From a virus (taxonomy: Duplodnaviria > Caudoviricetes): 64,000 nucleotides of DNA. Positions within the stretch are counted from its first letter, which is position 1; every line of letters starts with the position of its first letter. The position numbers and the translations under genes were made by a program. This document shows positions 48,901-57,420 of the stretch, piece after piece. The stretch is from IMG/VR virus record IMGVR_UViG_3300013947_000019, positions 32,001 to 96,000 of that record. One strand, written 5' to 3'. The notes under the pieces were generated by a model. That model was not told where the DNA came from. It searched no databases and saw only the letters and a program-made list of their open reading frames with translations.

Positions 48901-51900
48901 TGGATAAGGATTATACCAACACCTATAAGTCAGTCGATAGACAGGCAGAAGCAAATGCAAATCCTGCAGAAGTATATGATAAAGCCATTGCCAATGCCAA
49001 GACTAAAGAAGAGCGTGATGCTATTCTGCATGCTGCTCAACTGAATGCAGCTAAGCAACAGCTTGCCTTACCAGCACACACTGAAGAGGAAGAAGAATCT
49101 TCTGGTGGATTATTCTCTACACTCATTAGTTCACTTGCTGGCGGATCTGGATCTGGTGGAATATTGAAAGCTCTTGCTGGACTATTTGCTGGAACAAAAC
49201 TCGGTAAACTAGCAGCTAAAGTTATTCCTGCTATTGCGCCAATCACATCTCTTGGATTAAGCACAGTGCTTCCTGGTATGATTGGTGCTATTGATCAGGT
49301 TAAAGAAGGAGATCTTGTCAATGCTGGCATTAGAGGTACACGCACATTTACTCAAACTGGGGTGAATGCACTTAAATTAAGTGGTCGTTATCTCGAGAAA
49401 GCTGCTGGTACAATGCCACTGAGTGCTGAGGAAGGTAAGCTTTTAAAGAAGTCTAATGTTGCACAAAAGATTGGTACTTCAATTGCTAAAACTACACAGA
49501 ATGCTACAAGTAAACTTGTAACTTGGATTAAGAATGCTTTTACTAAACTCTTTGGTGAAAATACTATTAAGAATGCTATAGCCAATGTCGGTGAAGGTAA
49601 AGGCAATCTGAAAGAAAAGTTACTTGCTGGTGTTACAAAGAATCTTGATAAATGGGTTGCAAATGCTGGTAAAGAAACTGCAGAGCAGCTATTAAAGAAA
49701 GCAAATATTGTTTTAATGGTAGCAGGAGCAGTAGTTGATTTCACTAAGGGTTATAGAAGAGCTGATAGATACTTTGATGTCGATCATTCTGATCTTACTT
49801 TTGGTATGAAGCTAACTGCTGGTTTATGTAATGCATTATCTGGTCTGGCATTTGGTTTAATTCCAGAGGCTTGGTTAACTCAGACGCTATATAGTATTCT
49901 TGCTAACGCTGAAGATAAGCAAAATCTTGCTGACAATCAACAGAAGCTAAAAGATAAAGTTGCTACATATAATTCTGAGAATAATACAAGTTATAGTGTT
50001 GAAGAATTCCAAGATAAATTTAAAGAGGATGGATCTAGACGTAGTCCTGGATTATTCAAGGGTGTATGGAATGTACTGACTGGTAAAACTTGGTATGGTG
50101 ATGAACGCTATACTGAGGAAGAAAAACAGGCAAATCTTCAGCGCACAATGAATAATTTGGATAACTTCCATGCACTTGGTGCTGGTCGTTGGGGTCATGG
50201 TCCTGCGCACTATTCGCAGAGAGATTCTCGTTGGAATCATGGTACAAATATGGCTTCTGTTGGTTGTGGTCCTACAGCTGCAGCAATCGTAGGTAGTGCT
50301 TATGGTGATAAGAGAAATCCGTTAGCTGCAAATGCCATGTCTTATGGTCTTGGTATGCGCTCTGCTGATGGTGGTACTGATCCTAGATTCTTCAGTCAGT
50401 ATGCTGCATCTTCTAACTATGGTATGGCACAGGGTCCAAATTCCAGTGCTATGGTTGCATCCAACCTGTCTAAGGGTCAGCCTGTTGTAATGATGGGTAA
50501 GGGTGGAGCATTCGGTTCTGGTATGCACTATATGGTTGCTGATAAGATGATGGGTAGAAATAGAGTTAGCATGATTGATCCATATACTGGAGGTACTAAA
50601 TCTGGTAATCTTGGTTCTATTATGAAAAACACTTCTTCTACTATCTATTCTTATGGTAAGGGTCCTGGTAGTGGTGGTAGAGGTAATGGTTTTGGTGGAA
50701 ATGTCCGTGGTGCACAGCAAGCTCTCTGTAACAAGATGGCCGGTGTAGCCGGAAAGATCAGATATACCACCAGTGGCGCACAAGATCCTGATCAGGGCAC
50801 TGCGTCCTGTGCATCTATGTGTAACTGGGCATATAAGAAGGTCTTCCCAGATGTATTTACCAATGCACCTATGTCTGCTAATGCTTACTATAGTTCTCTG
50901 GATAGTCGATTTGAGACAATCTATGTCAATGATGGTACTCAATCGTTCAATATGAACATGCTTCAGCCCGGCGACTTGTTGTACTTCGATTGGCGAACAA
51001 CAAAGATCATGAATGGTAAGATGTCTCATGTTGATATGTATGCTGGTAATAATATGGTATGGTATCATGGTGGTGATCCAATTATGGGACCCACTAAGAA
51101 GACTATGACTGATTATAGAATTCAGCATCTGATGAAAGTGCGTCGTTATAAGCCATTTATTGATGGTAGTGTTAAAACATATGATGACTCTGAAGTCGAC
51201 TATACTGGTTCTACTACAAGTGATTCTGATAGTACTAGTGATAGTACCTTCTTTGGGCAGATTACGAATCTGTTCCAGTCTGCTGGTGAGAAGTTTGATA
51301 ACTTCTTCGGTGGACTGTATGGAAATAAATCCAGTAATAGTGATGATTCATCTGGTACTACCAGCGGTGGTGCTTCTGGTGTAATTACTTCTACTTCAAA
51401 TATTGGACTGTCTACAAATACCAGAGAAAATGGCAGAAAGATCTGGAAGTTCTTCAAGGATAAGGGATTATCCAATAATCAGATTGCTGGTATTGTGGGT
51501 AATTTGTATCAGGAATCCTTACTCCGTCCTGAGAATGTTAGTGACTATTATAATAAGAGAACTGGCATTACCGATCAGGGTTATACTGATATGGTGAATA
51601 ATGGTACATATAAGACATTTGCTACAGACGGTGAAGGATATGGTCTGCCGATGTGGACTGTCTCTGATAATAAGGGACCGTTACTGGAGTCTGCTAAGAA
51701 GAGTGGTAAGTCTGTTGGTGATCTTGGATTACAGCTCGACTTCTTGTGGAATGATCTGAATACGAAGTATAAGGAAGCCTTAATGGATCCTATTCGTCAG
51801 TCTGATTCCCTGGAAGATATTGCTGTCAAGTTCATGCAGACATATGAGAAGCCTGCTGGTTATAAAACCGAAGCTAAGAAACAGGAGCGCATTAATGCTG

Positions 51901-52328
51901 CTAAGACTGTTCTTTCTCAGTTTGGTACTGGTAGGGGCGATTTAACGAATCTGACTTCTATGAATAACCGTATCCGTGGTATGAACTCCACTATCACTAA
52001 ACTTAACGAGTTTGGTAAGGGTGAATCTACTGCAGTTATGGCTACGAAGCAGATTACTGATGCTATTAAGAGTAGTGAGTTCGGTAAAGGTGAGAGCGAT
52101 GCAACCACGCAGCAGATGCTCCAGCTTATGACCAAAGCTTTTGGTCAAATGATCTCACTGCTGAGTGATATCAAGGATAATACTGGTTCTGGTTCTACTG
52201 TAACGTCCAGCAATAGAAGCAAGAATATGAAGACCGTTCGTGGCGATAATTATAATGCGAATATGGATACTGAAAATAATACTACAGACTATGGTAGAAT
52301 TATTGTAGATAATCTAACTCGCAGATAA
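42984..52328 (+). CDS. Tape-measure-like virion protein with C39-like peptidase, NlpC/P60 and phage tail lysozyme domains
   Basis: 3114 aa, helical with Gly/Ala-rich hydrophobic repeats; YSQRD..W...GCGPTAAA...HYMV (C39-like); SCAS...LQPGDLLYF...HVDMYAG (NlpC/P60); GLSNNQIAGIVGNLYQES...GYGL..WT...QLDFLW...YEKPA (tail lysozyme). Confidence 0.85.
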   Translation: MAKVDRSTREINQRVKRAVGNTSKRASNAGKMFLHVGGEFLKTNFPTPFAFVETNKDVLDSTAKFLRNPVDNVNRQINRALATDDFKALSKLAKNTLADLKSGNYYDPERHRDAASEQMDAAMAELDNFDFDFGGFDLSDFDENGDWVDSSDDAAKADVNTQLKVAYLQNAKDDARTTATVNAIVGGTQAQIQNDNANAQVNIRMMLKQHSEMMQTQESLIQGQQATFELISKSSEAHANLFREAHNQVMGKFDTTIELLKKIEVNTQKPVKTEKKRKETEDIFGTNGELNLKAYAKAVKKNISDKMFSLPIGVGGVMGLPFSQIIETFGDNPIDSLLQLALSAAIPKGTRYQMERTNKNMQGFLPALMQKMTERGRLYETGKSNKKFDMLMGLLAPSQESKTGISTRNSDYLKAAQITNKTVRAIEEVIPMWLSRIDSHLTGGPMMVYDYERGQLVNAGKVIAENERYNRNIAKNIDGYYEVASRAKNYKFKNEGDQKAFLDFVYRFFQNAGENDKFINPWGDMKNLMRDMDVPEGSNYDNMLMAILRNLNPDQSKVKGANKAAILQMNSSIANARRRRNDTNFRVNRDLAESGLIGAWSFMDETSRNAIIGKAMSQHDELSDEDIEKISEQRRKALLKNGGVNASNVLLADILKTLRSGIITYSTSLKGSPESIPDYVKEKIKVKRSRTITPGTVGGRATSINDPATQAVDELYANTMSLEELMTQQGNLSYDKDEDARQREIERLRKEGKDPTNRYNDTLRDKSKYYKKAFEESNFGKLVATVKATAENPFKLVNSALQMVDDMMYKTLFGTDALKDGEEDGPIDPKDSPSILKTTMNIIAKQFNQLSGFVNSTFKRIDDYLFAPEHGLFSKAMKSLGEMLGFGELKDKAMDKAKNVRDKIKNKVVGTKGEDGKYSGGWASNLVNNYKEGKDDLEGTIKGAINKMLYGDYAASKGKFEGFVVDEQGNATQKKDYGGVIGKIRKSFDGLNDFLFGEGTADDKDRSKAKWKKVKGAFKEAAPKMTAGAGIGAITGLFLPGGPILGAILGSMTGLVSGSSELKKYLFGEYSDEMEDVIDPETGKVATDWKGNKKQRRKQTKSGIFSRELQDGVKKIVPASILGGIGGKLAGGSIVSLGAKMGILPATTSLLPFTILGVGAGLLSTSDEFKKMIFGDSEDPKSGLISKDFREKALKTVKKVAPSALGGAAIGKGMALAMGHLGIFPGLMLGPGGPIMATLGAITMGSQADKINKFLFGEETESEVDEKDSEGNVIGKKKVKKREGGVFGKAYDYMKDKVMEPIAKGMNNVVKGIGNWFKEDILGPLGRSIEPLKDKLKEAGASIKESLSNIGNSIATGITRALGIVPEDQDMKTFWEKNVKGKLKQTFNNLFSGLGKLIGKILSAPFKALESIVRGSTQPGEEDDGLGDGTGAPKKKGLFGRFNDSFNKWRDKSRKRRFQRAGENLGNAFKDSGSHLEDIGYRFADYADTAATGAAVGMNKVGGALSRIFGGKNNPVQAATTSTAAATGFTMAQLQAMPVADAIQNIQKKQSQGIPLTPAEQSFMSANWRKVKGNTTVTQNRTINQTIKDSADNKESETDSEDTKMSRADRRAAKAEAKEERRAKKKSASWAKDNHDNIKKMSKNTAKIYDEIRGQLGGLGWNVAYIKTLLELQYGPLNNDQLPEEMEGSTKSVRKKRDFFGKMRDKASDIFHGIGDKLGDLKDAIFGDRDKSGKGKGGGGRGGIKAILRLVFTPFRILGKAAGFIGDRISDLFDVLGVAVKSGVQLIGDALHTGAQLIVGAAKGIGSALGDAAALFIGTIKDIGLSLTAMIRGTLQFLSDTIPALAADVIHAGVGLAKGIGKGVIKGAKWIGSGIKGIGTKIKNRRDKKKGITTQTKIERIGTFQIAGGYVDDSGTTFPMIGDKLAPQPVPIVSMFKGKAHGSIPYAIPVYVANDSIPATIKNMMKGDKDDNLDKDYTNTYKSVDRQAEANANPAEVYDKAIANAKTKEERDAILHAAQLNAAKQQLALPAHTEEEEESSGGLFSTLISSLAGGSGSGGILKALAGLFAGTKLGKLAAKVIPAIAPITSLGLSTVLPGMIGAIDQVKEGDLVNAGIRGTRTFTQTGVNALKLSGRYLEKAAGTMPLSAEEGKLLKKSNVAQKIGTSIAKTTQNATSKLVTWIKNAFTKLFGENTIKNAIANVGEGKGNLKEKLLAGVTKNLDKWVANAGKETAEQLLKKANIVLMVAGAVVDFTKGYRRADRYFDVDHSDLTFGMKLTAGLCNALSGLAFGLIPEAWLTQTLYSILANAEDKQNLADNQQKLKDKVATYNSENNTSYSVEEFQDKFKEDGSRRSPGLFKGVWNVLTGKTWYGDERYTEEEKQANLQRTMNNLDNFHALGAGRWGHGPAHYSQRDSRWNHGTNMASVGCGPTAAAIVGSAYGDKRNPLAANAMSYGLGMRSADGGTDPRFFSQYAASSNYGMAQGPNSSAMVASNLSKGQPVVMMGKGGAFGSGMHYMVADKMMGRNRVSMIDPYTGGTKSGNLGSIMKNTSSTIYSYGKGPGSGGRGNGFGGNVRGAQQALCNKMAGVAGKIRYTTSGAQDPDQGTASCASMCNWAYKKVFPDVFTNAPMSANAYYSSLDSRFETIYVNDGTQSFNMNMLQPGDLLYFDWRTTKIMNGKMSHVDMYAGNNMVWYHGGDPIMGPTKKTMTDYRIQHLMKVRRYKPFIDGSVKTYDDSEVDYTGSTTSDSDSTSDSTFFGQITNLFQSAGEKFDNFFGGLYGNKSSNSDDSSGTTSGGASGVITSTSNIGLSTNTRENGRKIWKFFKDKGLSNNQIAGIVGNLYQESLLRPENVSDYYNKRTGITDQGYTDMVNNGTYKTFATDGEGYGLPMWTVSDNKGPLLESAKKSGKSVGDLGLQLDFLWNDLNTKYKEALMDPIRQSDSLEDIAVKFMQTYEKPAGYKTEAKKQERINAAKTVLSQFGTGRGDLTNLTSMNNRIRGMNSTITKLNEFGKGESTAVMATKQITDAIKSSEFGKGESDATTQQMLQLMTKAFGQMISLLSDIKDNTGSGSTVTSSNRSKNMKTVRGDNYNANMDTENNTTDYGRIIVDNLTRR

Positions 52329-52345
52329 TTTAAAGTGTTGTCCTT

Positions 52346-52357
52346 GACAATACAATA
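52346..52357 (+). promoter_or_regulatory. Late promoter
   Basis: GACAATACAATA. Confidence 0.5.
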
Positions 52358-52373
52358 ATGTATGAATCAAAAG

Positions 52374-52403
52374 AGTGGATGCCGGTTCATACTGGCATCC
52401 ACT
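52374..52403 (+). terminator. Strong hairpin (terminator of the tape-measure gene, or leader structure)
   Basis: AGTGGATGCCGG-TTCATA-CTGGCATCCACT. Confidence 0.6.
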
Positions 52404-52437
52404 TCTAATTATCTTGTAAGAAAGTGAGGCGAACGAA

Positions 52438-54897
52438 ATGGCTTACGAGATTTTAAATAATGCATATCTTTGTCGTACTCTCAGATCGACTAAGCTATAT
52501 GCTCGTCCGAATGATATTAAGCCATCTAATGTAATCATTCCTGAAGATATTACATTGACAACTGATGAAGAATGTCAGATTAATGGAATTAAGTTTTTTA
52601 AGATTTCTTCTATCATAAAAGGTGAAGATGATCAATATATTGGAATGTGGATTTCCAGTCAGGAAATCGAATATTCTAAGATTTTATTGGAAGAGAAAGA
52701 ACCACAAGAAATACAACCAGATGATTCTGAGGATGTTGAGGAGTGGTTAGTCACAAATGTACCAAAAGTAACATTCTATGAAAAGAGCACGTCGGGAACT
52801 GGCCTCCCTATGGAGTTGCCAGTGGGTTCTTCGATCGCTGCAGATAAAAAGGTAAATGTTACAATTAATGGTTTTACGCAAACCCGTTATCATGTGGCAG
52901 ATTGTATTGATCCAGAAGGAATGCCTTTATTCCTTGTGATTGATATGTGGGTTCGATATGGTACTGAGGTTCGTATCAAAGATGATACAGATATTGTACC
53001 TGTGCCAGATGTACCAACTCTTCAATCCGCAAATAGAGATCGTGCAGAAGCCAGAGGTACATATAATAAGAATAAAAATAAAGAACCTAAAAATGAAAGA
53101 GAACGTCAGCGCCAAGCTAGATTAGCAGCTCAAAAGAAAGCCAAAGAGACAATGGCCAAAAATGAGCAGAAAGCTATGGAATCTAATTTTACCAGTGCTG
53201 CTGTTCCAAGACAAACACAGAATCGTAATAATAATGCTACAACACCATCCGCTGTGTATGAGAATCAAACTATCTTTAACGATGTTGATGTGGATTATGG
53301 CGATGTGAATAACATCGTTGCCGGATATACCCAAGGTTATTTTTCAAATGGTCAATCTATTATGGGTACTCCAATTGGACGTATGCTATTTGTGCATGGT
53401 ATGCCATTCCAGTTTACACACTATACTGATAGACGAACTGGTAGTACAAAACAGTACGGTAATGCAAATGAATACTACGATTTGACTCGTATGGGAACTT
53501 CTATCAAAAGTGGAGGATCCAAAGCTGCTGGTGCTGATTTCTATGGCAGATCATATGAGCAGGAAATTGCTTGTAATATTCCTATTATGTCAGTAGTTCC
53601 AGGAGAACCTCAGTATATGTCCCTTGTAACTGGTAGTTTTGTATTCCCCACTTATACTAAAGCGAAACGTCAAGGTCAAGATTTCAGTGCATTATTTAAT
53701 GTATTAACTGATAAAGAAACACAATCTGTTATAAATGATATCAATGCAGGTGCAAGTGATAGCAACTTATATCAGTACTATACGATGTCTGTTAATACTG
53801 ATGAATATTTCGCTTATGTAAATACATTGTGCAAAATGAGTGCCATCTTAATGGGTCTTAGTGATTTCCAATATTATGGTACTAAATGTACATTAGTTGA
53901 CTGGGGTAATTATAATTCAACTAATTCTGGCGGTCAGGATTATAATATGCTTGAAGAAATTATTGGTATTGATGGTGGTGTATCTTTTGCATATGATCCA
54001 GGATCTTCTGTAACAGATAGCCTCAGTAATACCATTGAAGATTCTCAGTTTACTGGATTACTGAAAGGTATTTCACAGAAAGCCAGAGAAGCTGGATTCT
54101 TATTTGGCAACTGGGCAAACGATATTGATTATTTATCTGCTGTCGATGATACTGACTATGATTCGTCTATAACTGGTATTACCAGTTCTACTTTAGGTAA
54201 AGTATTTGGTGGTCAGGGTATTCTTGGTCGAGCTTCGACATTTATTAAGAACTCTGGTAAGGGTATGAATATCCGATTCCCAAAAGTTTGGCAAGACTCT
54301 AGCTCTAGTAAAGATTATAGTATTGAGATGCATTTTATTGCACCGTATGCTACTAACTTCTGTAAGTGGAGATATGTGCTTGTACCATTTTTCCATTGCT
54401 TTGCTTTAACCGCGCCACGAATGAAAACATCTCTGAATATGTATTCTACGCCATTTTTAATTCGTGCATATTCTAAAGGATATTTTAACGTTGAGATGGG
54501 TATGATCAATAGCTTATCTTGGAGACGTTTTGGTGATGGTGGAGATATGGTATCTGATGATGGAATCCCTACTCAGATTGATGTTACTATGGATTTCCAA
54601 GATATGTATCAAACTATCGGTATGAGTAAGATCGATGGTGCATGGGATCCTCTCAATATCACTGGTAAAGGAATTACAGCACAGCTTGGTCTATTTTTCA
54701 ATAATACTGGATTAATGGATATGCTTGGTACTATGTCTGGTGTTAATATGAATAGAATGAATATTGGTGAACGCATTGCATTATATTGGAATGCTGCTGC
54801 TACCATTGGTGCTGCCGGTCTTCCTGGTAACTTTAAGAGAGCTATCACAGATCGTATACGTAACCTATATGAGAGCTGGATTACTAAGGGTATGTAA
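52438..54897 (+). CDS. Baseplate hub / tail-tube-initiator-like structural protein
   Basis: 819 aa after the tape measure; FPKVWQDS...YSIEMHF..PY, PFLIRAYSKG..NVEMGMI, PTQIDVTMDFQD motifs of the kind seen in jumbo-phage tail-tube-fold proteins. Confidence 0.6.
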   Translation: MAYEILNNAYLCRTLRSTKLYARPNDIKPSNVIIPEDITLTTDEECQINGIKFFKISSIIKGEDDQYIGMWISSQEIEYSKILLEEKEPQEIQPDDSEDVEEWLVTNVPKVTFYEKSTSGTGLPMELPVGSSIAADKKVNVTINGFTQTRYHVADCIDPEGMPLFLVIDMWVRYGTEVRIKDDTDIVPVPDVPTLQSANRDRAEARGTYNKNKNKEPKNERERQRQARLAAQKKAKETMAKNEQKAMESNFTSAAVPRQTQNRNNNATTPSAVYENQTIFNDVDVDYGDVNNIVAGYTQGYFSNGQSIMGTPIGRMLFVHGMPFQFTHYTDRRTGSTKQYGNANEYYDLTRMGTSIKSGGSKAAGADFYGRSYEQEIACNIPIMSVVPGEPQYMSLVTGSFVFPTYTKAKRQGQDFSALFNVLTDKETQSVINDINAGASDSNLYQYYTMSVNTDEYFAYVNTLCKMSAILMGLSDFQYYGTKCTLVDWGNYNSTNSGGQDYNMLEEIIGIDGGVSFAYDPGSSVTDSLSNTIEDSQFTGLLKGISQKAREAGFLFGNWANDIDYLSAVDDTDYDSSITGITSSTLGKVFGGQGILGRASTFIKNSGKGMNIRFPKVWQDSSSSKDYSIEMHFIAPYATNFCKWRYVLVPFFHCFALTAPRMKTSLNMYSTPFLIRAYSKGYFNVEMGMINSLSWRRFGDGGDMVSDDGIPTQIDVTMDFQDMYQTIGMSKIDGAWDPLNITGKGITAQLGLFFNNTGLMDMLGTMSGVNMNRMNIGERIALYWNAAATIGAAGLPGNFKRAITDRIRNLYESWITKGM

Positions 54898-54922
54898 TTT
54901 TTAATTCATATAACATTTTTAT

Positions 54923-54995
54923 AGAGTGTAATAAGTATCATTGAGCCCTCCGTTGTGTAGAGATCCCCTCCTGTATTGGAGGGGATTCTACTATT
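54923..54995 (+). ncRNA. Candidate ~70-nt late sRNA with CAU...CCCUCC anti-RBS segment
   Basis: Late promoter AACATTTTTATA (54912-54923), then a short segment and the terminator hairpin ATCCCCTCC-TGTATT-GGAGGGGAT. Confidence 0.35.
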
Positions 54996-55015
54996 TAATA
55001 TTTTTCTACATTTTT

Positions 55016-55027
55016 AACAACGAAATA
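55016..55027 (+). promoter_or_regulatory. Late promoter
   Basis: AACAACGAAATA. Confidence 0.5.
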
Positions 55028-55061
55028 ATAATGGAATGCATTAAAAGGAGTTTGATGCAAT

Positions 55062-55736
55062 GTGAAGATAAAATCGCGTAAACAAAAAATAGATGAATAT
55101 AATACAAAATATCCGAATCGTTATTACGATCCGGAAATTTCACTGCGAAATTACTTTCTATCCAGAGGATGGAATTTTGATAAAGCTTTGAAAAAAGCAA
55201 AGAAGAAAGCAGATAACATTGAGATAAATAGAAAATATGAAACTATTCGGGTTGTGATGTATGAACAACCAGTAAAGACAGATCGACCCAGAGCATTCAA
55301 TTCCCATATTTATTCTCCCAATGCTGCAGCGAATCATTCATATTTTGAAAAAGCAGTTAAAGGTATCTGTAAAGATATTAAATTAATTAATACTCCTGCA
55401 GAAATTACTATTAATGCTTATATCGAAATGCCTTCACGAGTTCCACCTGATGAAGTGATACTTTTTGAGGGAAAAGTATTAGATATCATTGATATGCCAG
55501 ACTATGATAATATTGGAAAAGCATATACTGATATGCTTAAGAATGTATTAATCATAGATGATGATATATTTCATCGTGGTGAAATTAATAAATATTATTC
55601 AGTAATGCCGAGAGTAGAAATCATTATTCGATATCAGAAATCACATGATTCAGATTACGTCTATAAAAAGATTAAATCTAGAAAATCGGTGAAGGCTGCC
55701 ATTGAAACCGGTCAATTAGAATTGATGAGGATTTAA
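55062..55736 (+). CDS. rusA: RusA-family Holliday junction resolvase
   Basis: RPR...YSP; PDYDNIGKAYTDML...IIDDD; KYYS..PRVEI. Confidence 0.85.
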   Translation: MKIKSRKQKIDEYNTKYPNRYYDPEISLRNYFLSRGWNFDKALKKAKKKADNIEINRKYETIRVVMYEQPVKTDRPRAFNSHIYSPNAAANHSYFEKAVKGICKDIKLINTPAEITINAYIEMPSRVPPDEVILFEGKVLDIIDMPDYDNIGKAYTDMLKNVLIIDDDIFHRGEINKYYSVMPRVEIIIRYQKSHDSDYVYKKIKSRKSVKAAIETGQLELMRI

Positions 55737-55738
55737 TT

Positions 55739-56218
55739 ATGTATAATATTAAGGAAACAAACTATACTGCATATGAAGTAGATGGGTTTATTTTTAATAC
55801 AGAAAAAGAAGCCGAACAACATATCAGAAAGCTTTTACACGCGAAGCTTATGATGATGGTACAGGCTGGACAAATACAAGTATCTGAAGATATTCATGAT
55901 TTCATGCCATCTTATGATTACTTAGTAAAAGAATTTTCTTGTATTAAACTTCTAGATGGTAGTAAAGAAGTTCGTGATAATTTAAGAGATATCATCTATG
56001 ATCTGAAAAGAATTGATGATATTGATGCAACAAATGATCCATTCAAAAATGGTTCAGTTGGTAAAACGTATGCAATACTTCCTGACTCAGAGGCGTATTT
56101 ATACTTTAATGTAGTAAGCGTAGAAGATCGTATTGCTTGTTTACAAGAAATTTTAGATGATATGAAAACATTTAATGACTCCATGGAAGGGAGTGAGAAT
56201 CAGAATGAAGAAAAGTGA
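55739..56218 (+). CDS. Hypothetical protein
   Basis: 159 aa, coupled to rusA. Confidence 0.7.
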   Translation: MYNIKETNYTAYEVDGFIFNTEKEAEQHIRKLLHAKLMMMVQAGQIQVSEDIHDFMPSYDYLVKEFSCIKLLDGSKEVRDNLRDIIYDLKRIDDIDATNDPFKNGSVGKTYAILPDSEAYLYFNVVSVEDRIACLQEILDDMKTFNDSMEGSENQNEEK

Positions 56219-56576
56219 TAAGTATATGCAGACCAGTATTATCAATGAGATTATGAAGCAGTATAACATGCGGACGATTGCTGAAGAGCTTTGTAATCAG
56301 TTGAAGAAATCTGGTTCTGTTTCTGTATATGAAGTAAATGAGGATGGTTTTGTTCTTCGTCGTAATACGGATGGAATCATTAGTCCAGATACCATTATTG
56401 ATGGGTTAGTAAAAACTTTCCGTTCTATTGTCTCTGACGATGATGAACTCCAGGAGATTATTCAAGATACATATGATTTTGAATATGATAAGAAGTCTAT
56501 TAACGATGAACTTCTGTCTGAAGATGTTAACGTAAAATTATCTGGAAGATTAATTTCTATTGAAATTGATTTTTAA
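56175..56576 (+). CDS. Hypothetical protein
   Basis: Likely start at ATG 56205, overlapping the upstream gene. Confidence 0.65.
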   Translation: MTPWKGVRIRMKKSDKYMQTSIINEIMKQYNMRTIAEELCNQLKKSGSVSVYEVNEDGFVLRRNTDGIISPDTIIDGLVKTFRSIVSDDDELQEIIQDTYDFEYDKKSINDELLSEDVNVKLSGRLISIEIDF

Positions 56577-56581
56577 AATAG

Positions 56582-56615
56582 ATATGGGGAGGCTTAATTG
56601 CCTCCCCATATTTTA
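56582..56615. terminator. Bidirectional terminator
   Basis: ATATGGGGAGGC-TTAATT-GCCTCCCCATAT between convergent genes. Confidence 0.8.
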
Positions 56616-56619
56616 TTTC

Positions 56620-57408
56620 TTACTTACCGTAATAAATACGCTTAGCCTCTTCTTCGACTTCACGAGCAGTATACTTATGAATACCAAAAACATTGGCACT
56701 CTCATACAGACAATACAGCATTACAGCACGCTCGCGGATCTTATCAGCATTCTCAGACAGAACCTTATCAACACTGACAGTACCGGAAGCATTTTCATTG
56801 ACATCCTTCACAGCCAGACCAGCAGTAGCATTCATGATTGCATTCATCAGAGAAGTAGGACCAACGGCATTCAAACGATTGATTGTCTCATTGACAGTCT
56901 TAGGATCCTCGCCAGCGGCAACCTTAGAATTAGCCATATTCAGAGCATCCTTAATAGCGCGGGCCTTCTTATCTTCAGCAAGCAGAGAAGCAACAGCACT
57001 ATCACGAATTGTCTGGATCTGAACAGTAGGGGCCTTAGCATCAAACAGTCGATCGATGATAGCCTGATCTTCTTCAGAGAGCTCAACCTTATCACGACCA
57101 GAGCATTCCAGATCAGCATCCTCTGCATCGCAGCACTTAGACTCAGAAATAGCTTCAGCAACCTCTACGCAGTCCTTGATAAAGGTGCAGGATTCCTCCA
57201 GAGTCTTCTTAACTTCCTTAATCGTATGATCATTCAGCTTCAGCATATCAGTATAGAAAGCCTCAGCCATCTTAGTAGCACGAGCTGCATTTACCGGCTC
57301 CTTAGAAGGGTCAATCTCACAGCAGCATAACTGTACACGACCCAGGCACTCTAACAGTGCAGCATTAAAAGCGGCATGTTTATAATTCATCTTCTGAATA
57401 GCATTCAT
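56620..57408 (-). CDS. Abundant helical protein, probably virion structural
   Basis: 262 aa, optimised codons, downstream of the baseplate gene. Confidence 0.65.
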   Translation of the reverse strand: MNAIQKMNYKHAAFNAALLECLGRVQLCCCEIDPSKEPVNAARATKMAEAFYTDMLKLNDHTIKEVKKTLEESCTFIKDCVEVAEAISESKCCDAEDADLECSGRDKVELSEEDQAIIDRLFDAKAPTVQIQTIRDSAVASLLAEDKKARAIKDALNMANSKVAAGEDPKTVNETINRLNAVGPTSLMNAIMNATAGLAVKDVNENASGTVSVDKVLSENADKIRERAVMLYCLYESANVFGIHKYTAREVEEEAKRIYYGK

Positions 57409-57420
57409 ACTAATTCCTCC

